Below are positions 60,723 to 64,000 of a stretch of 64,000 nucleotides of DNA, in pieces. Each line of letters opens with the position of its first letter. Within the stretch, counting starts at the first letter, position 1. The DNA comes from Candidatus Methanomethylicia archaeon (GTDB lineage: Archaea; Thermoproteota; Methanomethylicia; CALHIW01). The translations under genes and the position numbers were made by a program. Under the pieces are notes generated by a model. The model was not told the origin of the DNA. It saw only the letters and a program-made list of their open reading frames with translations, and did no database searches. Where the stretch lies: positions 1 through 64,000 of the forward strand of contig JAWBQF010000001.1 of NCBI GenBank assembly GCA_038845975.1, read 5' to 3'.

Positions 60723-61400
60723 TTACCCTATTCTATGTAAAGCAATGATTCTAAGATCATCTCCTGCTCTCTTCATATAGTCAACAGCGTTCTCCATAGC
60801 GTAGACGATGTCTCTTAATTGAAGTATTGCTACTATAGGTATATTGCTTTCAGCTATTTTTAAATCAAGTACTCTTCTAATTTCATCTACTTTCTCCTCC
60901 TCTATATCTATCTTATCACATAATTCAACAGCTCTTTTAACATTTACGGAGTATGCAAAAATAGAATCCCTTAAGGCATCATATGTGAATAATACTCCTT
61001 CAGCTAGTTTTTTCAAATCATATATAACTTCAGCTGGTGGAAATATTTCCCTTTCACTACTTAAATATATTCTATAAGCTGCACTTATAATATAATCTGA
61101 CATCGAGTCAAGATTAATAGCAAGTCTAACCCAGTCTTCTCGGTAGACCATTCCTAACCCTACTCTTGAAATATATTCGTAAAGTTGCTTTTTTAATTCC
61201 TCTGCTTCAAGATCAAGTTTTCTAAGTCTACTATATATTATTTTAGCATCCTCCTTTGAATGGTTTGAAAACTTATCTATAGCGGAAATAAGTTCCCTAA
61301 TCTGTTCACCAATTTTTCTAACATGGTCTTGTATTAAAGATAGTATTTTTTGATCTGCTATAGTTCCCATACTTTCAGGCATTAAACTCATAAGTCTCAA
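60723..61400 (-). CDS. DUF47/PhoU-like phosphate transport regulator
   Basis: Two helical repeats; REDW..L...LD...D, EE.VD..RR, ME.A.D. Confidence 0.8.
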   Translation of the reverse strand: MRLMSLMPESMGTIADQKILSLIQDHVRKIGEQIRELISAIDKFSNHSKEDAKIIYSRLRKLDLEAEELKKQLYEYISRVGLGMVYREDWVRLAINLDSMSDYIISAAYRIYLSSEREIFPPAEVIYDLKKLAEGVLFTYDALRDSIFAYSVNVKRAVELCDKIDIEEEKVDEIRRVLDLKIAESNIPIVAILQLRDIVYAMENAVDYMKRAGDDLRIIALHRIG

Positions 61401-61509
61401 TTGAAGTATAACAAACCATATTTAAGCTTTTATGTTTCAGCTATGAGTAATGGTCTAAATAATATTTAATATTAAGCTAATACTGAAAATAATTTTGAAC
61501 GTATTATTT

Positions 61510-61658
61510 TACTCTATGAACTTTGAAAAGTATATGTAGTTGATAGCTTAATTTATCAGAACAGTATTATTGATGCTGTTAATCTTAGATAAAGTAATAT
61601 TTAAACTTTAGAAAGCTTATATAATCTATATTAAGGAATATACTAAGTTCACAGAGCC
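61510..61658. mobile_element. Possible MITE with IS6-like ends upstream of glyS
   Basis: actctatgaactt / aagttcacagagcc imperfect IR; no clear TSD. Confidence 0.5.
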
Positions 61659-61703
61659 ACACTATAAAGGAAAAGTATTAATATCTGAATCTATAAATTC
61701 ACG

Positions 61704-63425
61704 GTGTCAATAAGTTTATATGATCGTATTGTAGACTTAGCAAGGAGAAGAGGTTTTTTCTGGCCGTCTAGTGAAATATATGGTGGTGTTAGTGGATTTA
61801 TTGACTTCGGCCCCTTAGGTTTTCTACTTAAAAAAAATATTGAAGAGAAATGGCGTAAATGGTTTATTTTAAGACATCAAGACTTTATTTATGAAATTGA
61901 AACACCCATAATTATGCCTGAAAGAGTTTTTGAAGCATCAGGCCATCTACAGCATTTTACTGATACTATTGTTGAATGCTTAAACTGTAGGAGAAAGTTT
62001 AGAGCAGATCATTTAATTGAGGTAGCTACTGGATTAAAGAATTTGGAGGGTTATACTCCAAGTCAGCTTGTAGAGATTATTAGAAACAGAAATATAAAAT
62101 GCCCTGAATGTGGAGGTGAGCTTAGCGATGTTAGAACTTTTTTACTACTATTTAAAACGAATATAGGTCCATACAATGAAAGCATTGGATATGCTAGACC
62201 TGAAGCAGCTCAAGGTATGTTTACAACATTTATGAGAATATTTAGAACGCAGAGAGAAAAGCTTCCTATAGGTATTGCTCAAGTTGGAAAGGTTCTACGT
62301 AATGAAATATCGCCTAGACAGGGATTAATAAGACTTAGAGAATTTACGATAATGGAGTTAGAGTTGTTTTTTGATAAAAACAATCCATCATGTGATCTTA
62401 TAAATGAATATCTAAATGAGAAATTGAGATTATTACCGGAAGTTATGGTGGAGAAAGCTATTGAAGAGGGAATTGAGGTAACTGTTGATGAAGCTTTAAA
62501 GAAGGGTTACATTCTAAATCCCTGGAATGCCTACTTTATGGTCTTAGCGAAGAAATTCATATTAGAGCTTGGTGTTAGTGAAAATAAACAGCGATTCGTA
62601 GCTAAGCTTAAATCTGAAAGAGCTCATTACTCAGCTCAAACATATGATCAGCAAGTACTTGTAGATAAATGGGGATGGATTGAGGTTTCAGGTCATGCAT
62701 ATAGAACAGATTATGATCTTAGAAGACATATGATTTTCAGCGGTCAAGAAATGTATGTACATAAGAAGCTTAGCCATCAGATGGATGTTGAGGTTATTGA
62801 AGCTATACCTAAAATAGATTTAATTAAGGAGAAATACCCTAAAGACTTTAATAACGTTATTAAAATATTAAGGGAGATAGACTCTGATTTTCTTAAAAAA
62901 GCTTTAGATGAATTGGGTAAATATAATGTTAAGGGTTTTGAAATTACAAGAGATATTGTTGAGTTTAAGGCAAGTAGAACTCTAAGTAGTAGTAGGAAAT
63001 TTATTCCAAATGTGGCTGAGCCATCATTTGGACTTGAGAGGCTAGTATATATAGTAATGGAAAATGCATATAGTGAAGTTAATAATAGGGTAGTCTTAAA
63101 ACTACCAAGAGACATAGCTCCAATACAGGTAATAGTACTTCCTCTAGTAAATAGAGGAGGAATACCGGAGAAGGCTATATACATATGTAAAATGTTGAGA
63201 AACAATGGATTTATAACTGAGTATGATGATAAGGGAAGTATAGGTAGAAGATATGCTAGAGCTGATGAAATTGGAATACCAGTTGCAATAACAATTGATG
63301 GGCAAACACTAGAAGATAATACTGTAACTGTAAGAGATAGAGATACATGGAAGCAAGTTAGAGTAAGAATTGACGAATTACCCAACTTTATAAAAAACTT
63401 CATAGAGAAAGGCATCAATATTTAA
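61704..63425 (+). CDS. glyS: Glycyl-tRNA synthetase (alpha2, archaeal/eukaryotic type)
   Basis: RRGFFWPS.EIYGG, RPEAAQG, RNEISPRQGL.RLREF, ERAHYS, EPSFG.ER, SIGRRYARADEIG. Confidence 0.97.
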   Translation: MSISLYDRIVDLARRRGFFWPSSEIYGGVSGFIDFGPLGFLLKKNIEEKWRKWFILRHQDFIYEIETPIIMPERVFEASGHLQHFTDTIVECLNCRRKFRADHLIEVATGLKNLEGYTPSQLVEIIRNRNIKCPECGGELSDVRTFLLLFKTNIGPYNESIGYARPEAAQGMFTTFMRIFRTQREKLPIGIAQVGKVLRNEISPRQGLIRLREFTIMELELFFDKNNPSCDLINEYLNEKLRLLPEVMVEKAIEEGIEVTVDEALKKGYILNPWNAYFMVLAKKFILELGVSENKQRFVAKLKSERAHYSAQTYDQQVLVDKWGWIEVSGHAYRTDYDLRRHMIFSGQEMYVHKKLSHQMDVEVIEAIPKIDLIKEKYPKDFNNVIKILREIDSDFLKKALDELGKYNVKGFEITRDIVEFKASRTLSSSRKFIPNVAEPSFGLERLVYIVMENAYSEVNNRVVLKLPRDIAPIQVIVLPLVNRGGIPEKAIYICKMLRNNGFITEYDDKGSIGRRYARADEIGIPVAITIDGQTLEDNTVTVRDRDTWKQVRVRIDELPNFIKNFIEKGINI

Positions 63426-63458
63426 ATATGAATCCTATTAGCTTAATTACAGATCCCT

Positions 63459-63734
63459 ATGGCAATTCAAAAATGGGTTGAAAAAAGATTAAAAGTCAGG
63501 GGTAAAGATAATGTTCCTAAAGGCTATGCTAGAATAAATCCTGAAACAATGAAAATTTTAAACATAGTAGATGAGGTTGAAGGAGTTGTTGCTGGAAAAC
63601 GGAAATTCATATATAAGGTTATGCCGTCTGAAAATGTACCTGTAAATGAGGTATGGTGTAATACTGAAGATATGAAGATATTAGGAATGGCTGATGGAAC
63701 TATAACAACTATTAGAAAACCATTAAGAAAATAG
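63459..63734 (+). CDS. Stand-alone double-psi beta-barrel protein (CDC48/VAT N-domain-like)
   Basis: Internal repeat NVPKGYARINPETMKILNI / NVPVNEVWCNTEDMKILGM. Confidence 0.65.
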   Translation: MAIQKWVEKRLKVRGKDNVPKGYARINPETMKILNIVDEVEGVVAGKRKFIYKVMPSENVPVNEVWCNTEDMKILGMADGTITTIRKPLRK

Positions 63735-63907
63735 CTATGTAAAATTAACATTTAGGTTTAAGAAGATTTAGTTCATCTATTTTAGATGATATATTAAGCG
63801 GTAGTTATGGAATTTATAACATTATATCAAGTATTACTTCCCAATCTAAATCTATAATTGTTATGCTAAAATTTAAATTTAAGAATTTCTTCAGCCTATA
63901 GGTTAAA

Positions 63908-64000
63908 ATGATGAGATATATAAAGTTTGCATTGATTATGCTTAATATACTTCTAATCACAATATTAATACCTTTAAATAGCGGTTTAAGTAGTGAAACT
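63908..64000 (+). CDS. 5' end of a probable secreted/membrane protein running off the window
   Basis: Open frame MMRYIKFALIMLNILLITILIPLNSGLSSET, signal-peptide-like. Confidence 0.5.
   Translation, partial: MMRYIKFALIMLNILLITILIPLNSGLSSET

Noticed and set aside
62777-63418. 213-aa antisense ORF in glyS, and similar shadows (e.g. 44474-44998, 49183-49602, 2922-3326)
   Set aside because: Opposite well-conserved genes, with S/L/I/F-rich composition typical of antisense frames
1-64000. tRNA, rRNA, CRISPR arrays, cas or defence genes, integrase/provirus
   Set aside because: No GC-rich structural RNA islands, repeat-spacer arrays or matching protein motifs seen by eye

Overview
AT-rich (roughly 30% GC by eye) archaeal chromosomal window. 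The gene set (cdvA/B/C ESCRT division genes, S30e, TFE-beta/RPC34-like, Cren7-like, aKMT, GatDE, Nop5/fibrillarin, L22e-like) points to a TACK/Thermoproteota lineage; that placement is inference. Most of the window is housekeeping: translation and RNA modification, nucleotide metabolism, DNA ligase, NucS, RNase HII. Many longer intergenic gaps hold decayed mobile DNA: IS6 (three copies, two with intact TIRs and 8-bp TSDs), IS5, IS1595 and IS607 relics and several MITEs, some nested. I saw no tRNA, rRNA or CRISPR array. The most unusual locus is 31.3-36.8 kb: two tandem ribbon-helix-helix/V4R-like regulators, a 10-bp-periodic repeat next to a TATA box, and a 1171-aa, 28-cysteine membrane-anchored surface glycoprotein whose Cys pattern suggests disulfide-stapled Ig-like domains. 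Also notable: an L22e-like ribosomal protein, a 41-aa Zn-ribbon Cren7-like gene missed by the ORF track, a cdvB-cdvA-cdvB-cdvC operon, a perfect 31-bp inverted repeat between divergent purA and pyrG operons, a probable ATA start codon, a ThiI pseudoenzyme and a structured 5' UTR on a TRAM gene. All family calls come from motif recognition, without database searches.
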